Positions 37,136 through 50,900 of a stretch of 64,000 nucleotides of DNA are shown here, in pieces; the stretch's first letter is position 1, and each line of letters begins with the position of its first letter. The stretch spans positions 21,266,001 through 21,330,000 of the forward strand of contig CM060732.1 in assembly GCA_030704615.1 (NCBI GenBank), written 5' to 3'. The notes below the pieces were generated by a model that saw nothing but the letters and a program-made list of their open reading frames with translations, did no database searches and was not told the origin of the DNA. The position numbers and the translations under genes are program-made. This DNA is from Takakia lepidozioides (Eukaryota; Plantae; Bryophyta).

Positions 37136-40100
37136 TCATGTTCGGGTCAGTTTGAGGAACTTGGGAGACCACAGGGCCGTGCTGCCTACAATGTCACTGA
37201 GCATCACAATGGGAGGCCTAACATCATTGTTGGGGTATGGTAGAGCAACATCTGCCCCACGTACTGATTCAACCGAGACAACATGATAATCGGCATGAAC
37301 GACATAAGCCAGCCAGTCAGTCGACATGCCCAATATATGGCCCACGCCTGCCTTCCATTTGGGTGCATTGGGGTCAAACATTGTGACCTTGTCACCAACC
37401 TGAAACTGGGACAGCCAACACCACCAATGTGTGCCCTTGTCATTTGTTATGCACATGCAACAGTTATGGATAGGGAAAATGCGAGATGCCATCATATAGC
37501 CCTACAAACAAAATACGGATGTACTTCCACGAAGGAAAACTTACAACAGGTGCCGGCGCTTTGAAGCTTCCCATACAGCTCCCATCAACGTTGCTGGCAG
37601 CAAGTCTTGTGGACTTCTTCCTCATATTCACCGCAACAATTTCCTTTGGTGGCTTCTGAATCAATAGAAACCCACACATGTACACAGAAGTCATGAACGG
37701 CCTGCAGGTATTGCATAATCGACTTGGAACAGCACAAGAATATAGGAACACGAGTACTTACCTTCCGTACAACGGCCAATTTTGTTGTTGAATCAATGTT
37801 CTTCCCTGCCCCAACAATAACCACTCCTGTGCCCTTAGCCCCTGCCCCTATGTCTTGGGCACTCTGTCTAAGTTCACTGCCGGTGTGATCCTCTAGTACA
37901 GGCACTCCCTTCTCAATAAGGGGGGATAGGTCATCATTGGCACCATAATTAAGGCAAGGATCGTCACATGCCATGTTCTGAACTTTGTCCTCACCTGTGG
38001 CATCTTCTTCCACAATACTGCCCCCTTTCCTTTGTCCACTGCCTCCACTGCTAGGAGGCTGCTCACCTGTACTTGTCATTTCCACAGTAGTCGCAGGTGG
38101 GACAACACCATGAACAGGGGGCGACAACTCACACACAATGGTTGATGTTGATGGAGATTCATCCCTCGGCAGGTCCAAACCGAGCTTCACTGCCAATGCC
38201 ATGTTGAACTTGTCTGTCTTAGATACTGCAGCGGCAAACATGGATTTCACTACCTGCAATTCCAATTTGTGCTCCATTGAGCTGGCCTCCATTGTATGTT
38301 TCCATCCTTCCAAGCCATCAAGCCGAGAAGCCAATGCTCCAAGGCCCTGCCACAAAAAGAGTGCAAATACGATTCAATACATCTATCGCACTAGCCATGC
38401 GAGGTAATTTATTGGACAACAACACAGGAAGGCAAAACCATAAATAATTGACAAGCACATCATTGCAACAAATGCAGGTGGGTTAGTTACTTACAGATCG
38501 GGTGGCCCCTGCTGAATCAGAACCATACCCCTTGTTGCTATTCTTGCTCCCCGAAATTTCGGATAGAAGTGGAGGACGACCACTTGTCTTAGCCTACACA
38601 TGGACAGGATATGGGAATATTAGTGCCATCCTCTAAGAGTAAGATACAAATGACAAGACACCTCACTACCTGAATATATTGGCAATGTCATGAGACAGGC
38701 AGATTTACCAGACGTTCCTCAACGCCGCTAAGGCCACTGCGTCCAGATCTCGAAGGGGCCCCGTGCATGCTTGCCATTATCACGACTCTTTTGCCATTCG
38801 GGCGTGTTCCAATGCCTCACAAGTTCTGCCCAAGTCTTGTCCGCAACATAGTGGGGCTTAGGTTTGCCACGGGAGTACACTTTTCTAAACAGTTTGATGC
38901 GCTGGTATTTAATGACGCCTCCAATCTCAGTTCGAAGTTGGGCGCCAGTTATCCCAGGAGGTAAATATTCCCAATCATCTGCTAATAGTTCACCCACCTC
39001 GTCAATCAGACTTTGAGGTTGAAGATGGATGGGCACAGAACAGTCCAGCACACGTTGGCATTGCCCTCGCAGGGCTGCCAGCCAGTCATTCCGTGCATCC
39101 CCGCATGGGCCCTTTTTGCCACACGCAACTATGAATCTCTTTTGCCCAGCAGCTACATTTGCACAAGACGTTTCCTTCAACCCTCTCCGTGCTACTCTCC
39201 TCGCCTTGCGCAAAAAATTGGCTCTGTCCTTGCCAGTCAAATGTTGCGCATCTGGAGTCATATTGGAATCACGGGCCTCCTCTCCTCCCTCACAACCTGC
39301 AACATGGGGCCCTTCGGGCGGACATGAACCCTGCCACGCACCAACGTGGGGTGTGGGGTGGGCAGGAACATAACCTGTGCTCGGAGCTGGTGAGCTTGGG
39401 AATTGAAGAGGCCCGAAGCGTTGCAATTGGGTGAAGCTATGGGCTGCCTGGAATAAGGGCCATGCAACGGCGCACTATACATGGGGCTTCTGGGATACGT
39501 TGCCTGGGGAGGATGCGCAGGTGGGGGAGGGTTGGGGTGAGGGTACCACACACCTTTCGTGGTAGTGCCCATGCTGAACATGAGCATGTTGTGCTTCCCC
39601 AGTTTGCGGAAATGCCCCACACGGAACTGCACATGACCGGTTCTCCCCTGACGGGCTGTTTGCATGGTACGACTGAGAAAAGGGCGGGTGAATTTCAGGG
39701 GCGGCTGGAACATGAGCAGTCTGTTGTTCATACTGTGCATACCTCTGAATGCCAGGGGGATAAAACGCACCAGTGTTACGTGGAAAGGAGGGAGGGCCTC
39801 CTCCATCCGGGGTTGGTTGAAGACGTGGGGAGGGATGGTTGAAGACACCTGCCGGAGCAACTCCCTTCTTCTTTCTCACTGGATCCTGCAAATCAACATG
39901 TGGGAAAGAGTTATGTAGGAAGATAAAGCATGAACATCATGTAGGATACATCAACAAAAAACGCGCTCTATAATATACATACACTGAATGCAGCAGAAAT
40001 CGCACCCAAAATGCATTTAGGTCTGATCCATTGAACACGCCAAACGTCACTGGGAAAGTCCTCCTTGTATGTTTCGACCCTCTTTCGGGGTTCTTTGGGG

Positions 40101-41440
40101 AATCCCTTGTAGGCACAATCTGGCCCCGATGACCATCGTACATATCAATGAGAGTACAATATGATAATGGCTGATAATGGCTTCACATATTATCAACATT
40201 TGACAATAGAGGGGGCAGGAAGATGGGGGAGGAAGAGTCGTGAGCGCCCCCTCTCGGACATGGCTGGCTGATGAGGCGGTTACCATCGTGCTCCTGGGGG
40301 TTCCTCCTCTCCCACTACAATTTCTTTCTTGTTGCAACATGACACCACAATATGCAGCCCCCTACCTGTGCAGGTCCCTCCCTCCCACAACCCCCTTTGC
40401 GCTTTTTGGGTATTAAGACAGGCCATCACAACCTCCTGTGAGGGAGTCAGCAATCTGCAGAGTTGCATTTCTCATGGCACAAAATGGAAAAATGTATAGA
40501 AGACTTCAATAACAGATTTGGGTTCCAAGGAATAGACAGTAGATAAACCCTTGTATCATGAGGTATAGAGGGCAAGAAAGTGGTGCTTCATCCTGCTAGT
40601 GGAAAATGGAAAAAACTGCTGGGACCAAAAGGAAAAACAAATAAGAAGATGCAAATCCTGCCACAAACCTAAGAAATCAGTACAGCAAATGCCCACTTAC
40701 CTCTCGTGGAAGAGGAGCTGGCCGTTTTGGTGCCCTCGGAGCATGCGTTGCATTGGGAGGCTCGGTCAGTCCACATGCACCACTGATGTAGTTCTCCAAA
40801 TCTGATACCTTGTCCACATCATCTCCATCCTCGTCCTCCTCTATGTCCTCGTGCATTTCCTCCTCCGAATCGTCGTCGTCATCTATGTTGTAATCCTCAT
40901 CGAGCTCCTGATCACGCTCGTCGAGTTCCTCTGCCTCAGAGCCCACCGACTGGGGAGTCTCGGGCTCTTCCTCCGCCATCGAAGGTAATGCTAGTTCTTT
41001 CAAGCGCCCACTTCGTCGAGGAGGCCCGTTCCACACAACTTTGGAGCTCCTAGTCGGCCGTTGTACACTCCTAGCTATGCTGCGCACACATTTCCAAAAC
41101 CCTGTGTGAATCTTGCCCTAAACAAAAGGCGATCGTGAAAGTGCCATCACCATGAAACCTATGGGAGGGAAAAGCAGTAGGCTAATGTGGTGGGAAACCC
41201 CTACTCACTACCTGTGTAGCATGCATACTAAGGACAAGGGTGATCTGCTCACCTGCGCGCAACGCTCCCAATGTTCAGCTGAGCCAACGTCTCCTTGTTG
41301 GCCGCTATGCGCCTCTCTCGCTCTTCCTCGTAGGCAGTGCGTGGAGGGGTGTCGGGTGTAGAGGCCTTGCGTGTCCGTGCCATGGCGGGTTCCTCCTCGT
41401 CGCTCAAATCGCAGTAATCGACCTCAAACAAGACTACCAT
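37136..41440 (-). pseudogene. CACTA B TnpA-like multi-exon gene
   Basis: Exons TAYEEERERRIAANKETLAQLNIG; acidic stretch; Pro/Gln/His-rich region; WLAALRGQC..LDCS..WAELVRHWNT (Ptta/En/Spm-like); RLDGLE coiled coil; FQVGDKV..LPYP..GSTALWS (Tnp1-like). Confidence 0.8.
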
Positions 41441-41609
41441 GATCTACTGATCAAACAATAGAAGGAGCGCATGTAGGAAACAGAGGGGAGGTGGACCCGC
41501 CATACGAATACTCCAATGCCTGCAAGCACAAACGTAGGTTCCCCACATCCGAGCACTCGCTGACTTCCCACTTCAAAAACTAGCCAAACCCAGAAGCGTT
41601 TCGTGGGGG

Positions 41610-44600
41610 ATGAGAGAGGCCGGAACTAGAAACACCCGGCGCCGCACTGCGGTGCCCCACACTGACGCAGGACTTTGGCAAATCGAGGAACGACGTGCAA
41701 CTAGACTGGGTATTTCAAAGATAATGTGTCCCTGCAACGACTGCCATGGGGGTCGACTCCAATTCGTGGAAACTGCCAAATTGCATTTGCTTGCCAACGA
41801 CCGGGATCCACTGTTGGGTTATCCCATGGTGAGTGACGTGCATCTCTCGCCTCACTTCTCGCAGACATAACTTAGGATGAAGCCCTTAGAATGGTAATGT
41901 TGAACGGCCCTCCACTGTACATGTACGGTGGACTACTGTATGGAAACTAGCACGGTCAATTTGGAGATTCCCTGTTTTATGCAACACGTTACATTTTGGA
42001 CAAGACTATACTCTTATAGTTTGCAGGTGAACATGCAGGTGGAGAGTGTCGACTCCGAAGACGAAGACTTTGTGGAAGAACGTAGCCCCCCTGAGGATGA
42101 TGTGGAAAGACAGATTAGCCCTGTTCCTGTTCGTGGTGGAGAGAATCTAGACCCCGACGTCGACATCATTCGCATGTTGCAGGAAACATTTGCAGTTGCA
42201 GATAATGTGCAAAGCACCATTAATGAGGATGAAGGGCTTGGAGAAGACGAGCGCCATCATGATGGACAAAGTCATGGGGATGGGGATGACGGTGCTGCTT
42301 TCCAATTTCAGCATCAAGCAACCACACCTCTGTATGTTGGCTGCCCCACCAGCTGCTTGAGTGCGACGTTGCTTTTGCTCAATGTTAGTGCTACTCATGG
42401 TGTCACAAACGCAGCGATGGATGAGCTTCTGAAACTTTTTCACGGACATCTATTGCCTAAAGGGAACTTTTTGCCCAAATCTCATTACGAAGCGAAGAAA
42501 CTTATAACAAAAGTTGGGCTTAATTACGATAGCATCCATGCTTGTGAGAAGGGATGTGTGCTATACAGGGGAGATCTGCAGGATGCACCATCTTGCCCTA
42601 AATGTGGGGCGCCTCGGTACATCCCTGGCATGAAGACGTTGGTTCCACAGAAGGTCTTGCGGCATTTCCCCTTGATTCCCCGGCTGCAGCGCATGTACAA
42701 GTGCAAGGAGATATCTAAGCTTATGGTGTGGCACATGGAGAACCAAAGTCAAGATGGGAAGATGAGACACCCGCCTGACAGCCTTGCATGGAAATACATT
42801 GACGATACATGGCCTGCTTTTGCAGCTGAACCTCGCAACTTGCGACTAGGTCTGGCATGGGATGGTATCAATCCCTTTGGTGATAAATCAACAAAATGGT
42901 CTACGTGGCCAGTCTTGCTCATGAACTACAACCTTCCTCCTTGGCTGAGCACAAAGCCTTTTTTTATGATGTTGACACTCTTAATTCCAGGGCCGACATC
43001 CGTGAAGAAGACCAATGCGGATGTGTTCTTGCAGCCTCTGGTGGATGAGCTGACCGTGTTGTGGGAAGGTGTTAGGGCTAATGATGCATCTGGCAATGAA
43101 GGATCAAGGACCTTTGTCATGAGAGCCATTCTGATGTGGTCAGTACATGACTATCCTGCATATGCCATGCTAGCAGGGTGTGCAGTTGGGGGCTACAAGG
43201 CTTGTCCCGTGTGCGGGCCCAATCTTGATGCCAGGCACTCCAGTGCACTGAGCAAAATGGTGTACCAGGGGCACAGAAAATTCTTACCAGCAGGCCATCC
43301 ATATAGACGCAATCGCAACCACTTCAATGGAGCCTCCGATCACAGACCCCCCCCCCCCCCCCCCAAGTATCCACTGTGGATCAGCTCCAAAATGCGGAGG
43401 AAAACAAGAGGTTCATGGAAACATTTGGCAGCTGTCGCCGGAATGTGTGCCTTGCCAAATCCCATGGCATGAAGCGAAGGTCGATCCTTTGGTTCCATAA
43501 TTGCAGGATTTGTTGATACGGTATACCCTTGATGTTATGCACTGTGAAAAAAACATTTCTGAAAACATATTGCGCACCATATTGGGGGAAAAGGACACAG
43601 TAAAGAGCAGGAAGGACATGGAGAATGAGGGCATACGACCTCACTTATGGTTAAAACCCCACCCCGGAGATGGCAGGAAGTTGGTGAAGCCGCAGGCTCC
43701 TTACGTGTTGAATCGACAGGAAACTACTACCTTCTATGCAACTTTGGGTGCTCTAAAGACACCGACAGGGTATGGTGCTTCATTTAAGAAGCATATTGCT
43801 AAGAACAAGCTTTCACACATGAAGAGTCATGACTACCATCTACTGATGCAACAAGTTCTACCTTTGTGCATTCGAGGTTTGCTGGGCAAAGGTCCAAGGC
43901 TCGCAATCATGAAGCTATCTCGTGTATTTCGCGCATTGTGCATGAAAACAGTGGATCCCGAGGAACTACCAGCCCTGAAGGAGGATGTGGTTGTAACGCT
44001 TTGTTTGTTGGAGAAAGAGTTTCCCCCCTCATTCTTCGATCTCATGACCCACCTTGTGCTACACCTTGTGAATGAATTGGAGGTTTGTGGTCCTGTTAGT
44101 TCGCGTTGGATGTACCCCATCGAGAGGTACATGAAAAATTTGAAGGGATATGTGAAGAGCTATGCCCGGCCAGAAGGTTGCATGGCCAGGAGGTATTCTC
44201 TTGATGAGGCTCTTGGCCTCCTCACAGAGTACATGGCTGCATTTCCAGGAACTCGTAGAAGGGTCTGGGATTGCAACGAAGAAGAAAGTGTTGCGGGAGA
44301 AGTATTAGAGGGCTTTGGAACTCCAAGGAAACTGTCGGCTGAGCTTCGGGCTAGTGCACACGACTATGTGCTTCACAACACGGCGTGCATGAGACCGTTT
44401 CTGAGGTAAGTATACATCATTTATTTGGCTTCACATGCTAACTCTGGGGGCCATTTCCGGACACAAAATTGGCGCATTCTCAATTTTCACTCAGCCTCTT
44501 TGTACATACTATGGTCCTGACTAAGTGTGAATTGAGTATGACCAGACTTTATGATATTGAGAAGGCCACCATAGAATCAGCCAGAGCCGAATTTCGAGCC

Positions 44601-45476
44601 ACATACACCACCCAAGGGAGAAATGCACACCAACGCACCGTTCCATACCCCGAAAACATGTTGCCTTTGCCTGCTTTTCATATGTGGATACAGTCGGCAG
44701 TACAAAATGTTGTTTCAAGAGGAGCAGCGTATGATGCAAATATTCGTCATCTGTGTAAGCCACCAGGGTTTGTTGCTCGTTCATTTCGGTCTATGTGGGC
44801 ATACGGAAATCACTACAGAGTGGTGGAAACAGGTGTGGTTGATTACCATGTCACATTCGACTCTGGGGTTGCACAGATTTTTGCCGAAGAGTCAACGGGA
44901 AGGGGTGTGGATGGTAACCCTGTCATGAACCAGCTGCAATATGTTGGTGTTGTTCGTGAAATTTTACAGCTTCAGTATGGTGCTGTCACTCCTGTAGTAT
45001 TCATATGTGAATGGGTCAGAGCAAGCTTGACAGGTCGCAACCGCACCATGAAGAAGGATGAGTATGGTTTCCTACTCGTGGACTTCGATCGCATGTTGCC
45101 ACCGGGAGATGAACCATTCACATTTCCATGGCAAGTCGAGCAAGTTTTTTTTGCAGATGAGCCCTCCAACGCTGGTAACTGGAAAGTAGTACTTCAGAAG
45201 GAGCCGCGCTCACGGCGCGTGGTACATGATGTCACTGGTGTCAGCTTGGGTGAGAATGAGTCATGCGTAAGGATGCAAGTGGCGGAGGCATTGGAGGATG
45301 TGAATCCCAACACAGAATTTGGACCTTCAACGACCCTTACCGAAGCTGAGATGGCTACTATTGCTATGATGAGGCCCCCACGAAGGGACGAACCATGGCA
45401 CCGAGATAGTGAGGATTGCAACACTGACCATGAGTGTAGTGAAAGTAGTAGCGATGAAGATGACTACATCTGGTAA
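41610..45476 (+). pseudogene. CACTA B TnpD-like transposase
   Basis: IMCPCNDCHGG; IHACEKGCVLY; RHPPDSLAW; WDGINPFG; DVMHCEKN; KSHDYH; WMYPIER; DEPFTFPWQVEQVFF. Frameshift or deletion near the poly(C) at ~43350-43500. Confidence 0.93.
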
Positions 45477-47918
45477 AAGGACAATAGCGTCATGTTGACA
45501 TTTTAACTGACACACTGAGTGACATTTTCAGTTCCAAATCACTGGACACCCTGTGCTTCAGCCACTGGCCTGGTAAAATGACATATGCATTATATGACAT
45601 TTTGAGTGGCACACTGAGGCGCATTTTGAGTCCCAAATCAGCGGACATCCTGTGCTGCAACATCCACTTGTTGCGGTTATTTTCCCTGTGAATGTAGCAG
45701 CGAGGAAGATGATTCCTGGTAAAAGGGCAATAGCGTCATGTTGGCATTTTGGGTTGCTTCAGTTGTTACTCCACCTCTCTACTATCTCCCCCCTGCCCAC
45801 ATCCATGCCTTACTTACTCTCTAGCTACGAACTGAATTCTGATGCCTCTGCTCCTCCCTCCCCCTCTCTATTTTCCCTGTGTTCAGATTGTGGGGGTTGG
45901 GTGCAATGTGTTGGGGATGTACTTCTTTATAATGTTTGTTCTGGTTTGGTGCAGTCGGGGGACAATCTGCACAACAAGTCACATGTTGGATCTGATGGGC
46001 ATTGCAACTGTGGATGCTGATTCACATGTCTTCCCCACTAATGGGACCCCTCTGTTCATGCTTGGGATTTGGCAAGTTCGTAAACCCCCACTTTTTTGAC
46101 TGTGTGCTTGCAGGTCACATGGGCAGAGCCATGCATGGGGCAGAGCCATTCAGTTGGCTACAGGTTCAATTCCTCCGCACATGACAGTATGTGGCCCTAT
46201 TTATGATGGCTTTGACTTACTCATAGAGAGGGCTCGTTCCACGGTTACTCTATTTTTTGGCTTGTTTAAAAACCCTCACTGTGACAGGGATGAGGCTTCT
46301 ATCATTGCTCAATTTAGAGGCGATGTGATGGTGGAGGAGAATGTTCATGAATCACAAGAAGGTATGTGGCACCTCGGAACCCATGAATTCAGAATCATGG
46401 AGATTCCAGATTCATATATAGCCAAAGTTGATCTTTTGCTTTGTGATTTCTCTCTGTTTCTCATGTTTGTGAGATTCGGTGCTTCATCCCTCTGCATGTA
46501 CCACCCCGCTTTGTCATGATTGCGAGTTGGAATTGTAGAGATGACCTTTCTTTGAAAAACATACATACTTTGTATGGGGGGCTTGAGGTGAGCAATCCAA
46601 AGACCATTATGTGTTACAGACACCAATTACCAGTCCACATTATGGGTGTGTACTTTGCATGGATTTGCAACCCCCCACATTATTTGGTCCTTCCGAAAAT
46701 AAAACTCTTTCTTGCTAGAGCTGGAAGCTCATGGGCGCTATGCCTTCAACCATCCAGATGTGCTGTTATTTGTTCTGAATGTGGACATCACCACATGTGC
46801 ACTTGTAATTTTACCGCCCATTACCAAGTTGTTGCACCACACATGAAACAAAAGTATTACAGATTCATAAGCAGTATGGTTGAAAGGTCTGAGAAGTAGA
46901 TAACAAGAGGCAAGCTGAACGTCGTACATGGGACACTCAGTTTTTGACAGGAGAGGCCAGTTAAGTACATAAACTTGAGGCAAAACCCAAAAGGATAATG
47001 TACGCAGGCTGAAATGTGGATAGTCTCTGCATTGCTACTGCTTCACCCCCAAACCATCACACCGTCACAAGTACCAACGCTGAAAACTGAAGCAAAAACG
47101 TCATGCATGAGACGATTGCGGGAAGCTACAGTGCATGAATCTACATTGCGGTGTATGTCAATGACACTATGTATATCCTGCTCACCTCGATCCATGATCA
47201 CCATGACATCGTGCTCATCCGAGAGGGCATGGAAGGCCAGTCAATGTGTACCACAGGGAGTAATCGTGGAGCAACGGGTACTTCTTGCCAACAGATCGGA
47301 GCCTCTTATTGCAATTTGCAAGGCACCAAAAGTAGGCCACAGGCTCCTTCTTGTGTATGTTCCCATTTCTTGTGTTTTTTGTTAATTGTATGTTCCCATT
47401 TCACACAGGTGTGTAACATGCCATGTAAACTAAGCCAACCCCTGCCACGCTCATGGCTGTTTTCACACCGTTCTTGCCTGGGGTGTGGACCACATGTGAG
47501 ACACCCCACAGTTAGGGCATATTTAGACCCACACCTTGGCTTAGTGTACAGACCCGTGATAAAAGCCGTGGAATGTGCCAGGTGTGAGATGGCAGAGCCG
47601 TGGAAAAAGCCGTTTTTTCTTCTAGTGAGTGGAGCTCTCCTCCCAACCATAGAAGCCTTATGATCAAGAACAAGATGATTGGCTTCTCCCCCGAGCTCAG
47701 AGTTTACACAGTGCAAGAGGTTCACCTCTTGAGATCTCAAACACACTTGTTTAGATCTATCTGTTCAAATCTAGAACCAAGAGTCTTAACTGTTCAAACC
47801 TCCTAGATGCTACTAACTAATAGTAACACCTAATCTGAGTATAGACTAACTACTTCTTCTACACTCCCACTTAATTAGGTCTTAATCAGTTTGTAAAGCC
47901 TATGTGTATGTTCTTGAA

Positions 47919-50900
47919 CTACTGTAGACTCGAGCTAAGGCCAAGCTCAGTAGTACACTTCGAATGCTTGAGCTTTGGTAAACTCTTTGTCATGATATCT
48001 GCAACCATGTCGTCTGTAGCACAATAAACTATGTTTACTTCTTCTTTGGCCACTATCTCTCTTATGTAATGATGTTGCACTTCTATGTGCTTAGTCCTAG
48101 AATGATACTTAGGGTTTTGACTTAGTGCTATTGCACTGTGATTATCACAATACATAGTTGTTGCTCCTGATTGCTTATGACCCAAGTCTCCTAGTAACTT
48201 TCTTAACCACACAGCCTCTTTGGCCGCTTGAGTACCTGCCATGTATTCCGCTTCCGTTGATGAAAACGTTGTTGCGGTCTGTCTCTTGCTTGACCACGAC
48301 ACAGCTCCACCTGCAAGAGTGAAACAATGTCCCGATGTCGATCTCCTGCTGTCGAAATCCCTTGTCCAATCAGCATCTGTATAGCCTTCCAGACTTGTTC
48401 TCCCCTTTCCTTTGTAGAGTAATCCCATCGATGATGTTCCTCTGAGGTATCTAAAAATCCTCTTGACTGCTCTCCAATGGGTCTCACCAGGATTCGAAAG
48501 AAACTGTGAGACGACTCCCACTAAGTATGCAATATCAGGTCTAGTGCAAGTCATGCAATACATTAAGCTACCCACGGCAGAACCTGCCATATTGGAAGGT
48601 GGGTATGTCTTCATTGTTTGTTTGTCGGCAGGGCTGATTTCATAGTTGCATGGATACAGTTGTAAGGATCATCACACACGACTTAGATTTCAGCCTAATG
48701 CAAATTGCATGAAGCAAGTTTGGAGTCGCCTATGTATGGCACATGTAGCAGCAATATGGTTGTTTCCATGAAAATGTCTGGCTTTTGTCTCTCTGGATAC
48801 TGTCTGCAGTATGCAAGGCTGGTTTCTTCCTTTTCCCATTATTAAGATGTCATCTCTTGGCTTTACCATCAAAGTAACCTTTGTCATACCTTCTGTGTCT
48901 TCTTGAGTTTGAGGACACATCTCTTTTGTGAGCTTTAGGCGTGCTTCTAGTGGAGTTGAGACTGCTTTACTCATCTCTAACTTAAATTGCAGTAATTTAG
49001 TTTCAATGTACTTAGCTTGATGCATAAAAACAGTACGATTTACTCTATCTCTACTAATTTGTATGCCAAGGCAAAATTGAATTGAACCCATATCAGTCAT
49101 GGAAAACTCCTTGGACAGTTTATCTTTGAACTGCACTAGTAATCCTTGACCATCATTGCTGACCAGCACAGCGTCATCCACATACAAGGCCAATATAACC
49201 AATCGACTTCCTTGTGTAAGGATGTAGATGTTTGTATCTGCAACATTCTTCTTAAATCCAGATGTTAGAAGAAAAGTATCGATCCTTTCGTACCATGCTC
49301 TCGGAGACTGTTTGAGCCCGTAGAGCGTCTTATGTAACTTACAGACTTTGTCTCTGGTCTCTGGTTTGATAAAACCTTGAGGCTGATCCATGTAAATGGT
49401 CTCTGGTAGGTAGCCATTGAGAAACACTGTTTTGACATCCATTTGATGGACATCAAAATCATTCTCGGCTGCCAATGCCATTAATACTCTTATTGAAGTG
49501 ATTTTTACAACAGGTGAAAAAGTGTCGTTGTAGTCAACACCTTGTACATGTGAGAAACCTTAGCAACCAGCCGCGCTTTATACCTGTCAACACTCCCGTC
49601 GGACTTGAGCTTGATCTTAAAGATCCATTTGCACCCAACAACTTTACGTCCTAGGGGTAGGTCAGTAAATGACCATGTTTGATTCTGCATTAGCGAATTG
49701 AATTGAGAGTTTATTGCCTGCTCCCACTTAACCTTATTAGGGGTTGTCATTGTTTCTTCGTAGGTAGCAGAATCTGTCAATGGGATTTCTCCTCTCACGG
49801 CTTCAACAGCTGTCATCGACGTGATAAGCCTCTCAGGAACTTTTCTCTCCCTTCGTGACCTTCGTAGAAGTGGACTTACTTGTTCCTCACTAGCTTCATC
49901 CTCCTCTTCATCTTCAAGAGTATGATCTACTTCATCTTCAACCACAGGGCGATTTTCACATTCTTCTTTAGATTCTATTGAAATCTCATTAGGTGTCTTG
50001 TCAGTAGATTGGAAACTTGTTTGTTGACTGGGTTGTTCTCCCACTCTTGGAAAAGCTGTACTTGCTTCATCTTAGACAACATCCCTACTATGAAAGACAA
50101 TCTTTGTTTTCTCCTTAAGCAGTTTATATCCCTTAACTCCTTCAGTGTAGCCTACGAAAATGCAAGCTTCACTTTTTGAATCCAGTTTCTGTCTCTTCTC
50201 TTCTGGGATATGAGCATAGGCTCGACACCCAAACACCTTACAGTGCGATACACTTGGCTTCACACCTGTCCACACTTCTTCTGGAGTCATTCCCGAGACT
50301 GCTCTTGTAGGCGTTCTATTTTGAAGGTAGGTTGCAGTTCCCACTGCTTCCGCCCAAAAATAATTAGGCAGGTTAGCCTGCTTGAGCATGCTCCTAGCAC
50401 ACTCTTGTAGAGACCTATTATTCCGCTCCGCAACACCGTTTTGTTCAGGTGTATAGGGAACCGTTAATTGTCTCACTATTCCGTTATCTTTACAGAATTG
50501 GTTGAAGGCATTAGAAATGTATTCCCCTCCATTATCTGACCTCAGAGGTTTTGAGGATTTTCCCTGTCTGTTTCTCTGTAAGAACTTTGTATTCTTTAAA
50601 TCTAGTACTTGGTTTTTCTGCTTCAGAAAATTGACTGTTGTTCTTCTTGAAACATCGTCGATGAAGGTGACAAAGTAGGTGGCTCCACCAAGCGACTTTG
50701 TCTGCATAGGGCCGCACACGTCTGAGTGCACAACCGCCAACATACTATTTGCATGTTGACCTCCATCTTTTGGGACTTTTTGTCGGTGTTGTTTACCTTC
50801 TATACAACCCTTACATAGACTGGTCTGTTCTACTTCCTTTAATGAGAGCCCTTCCACTAGGTGTAGGTCTTTCAACTGTTTCAGTTTCTCAGTGCTAAGA

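Larger units (their letters stand above)
35885..47627. mobile_element. CACTA element B, complete
   Basis: Perfect 30-bp TIRs CACTAGAAGAAAAAACGGCTTTTTCCACGG (35885-35914 and 47598-47627); 3-bp TSD AGT; the flanks rejoin as Copia-2 LTR sequence. Confidence 0.97.
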
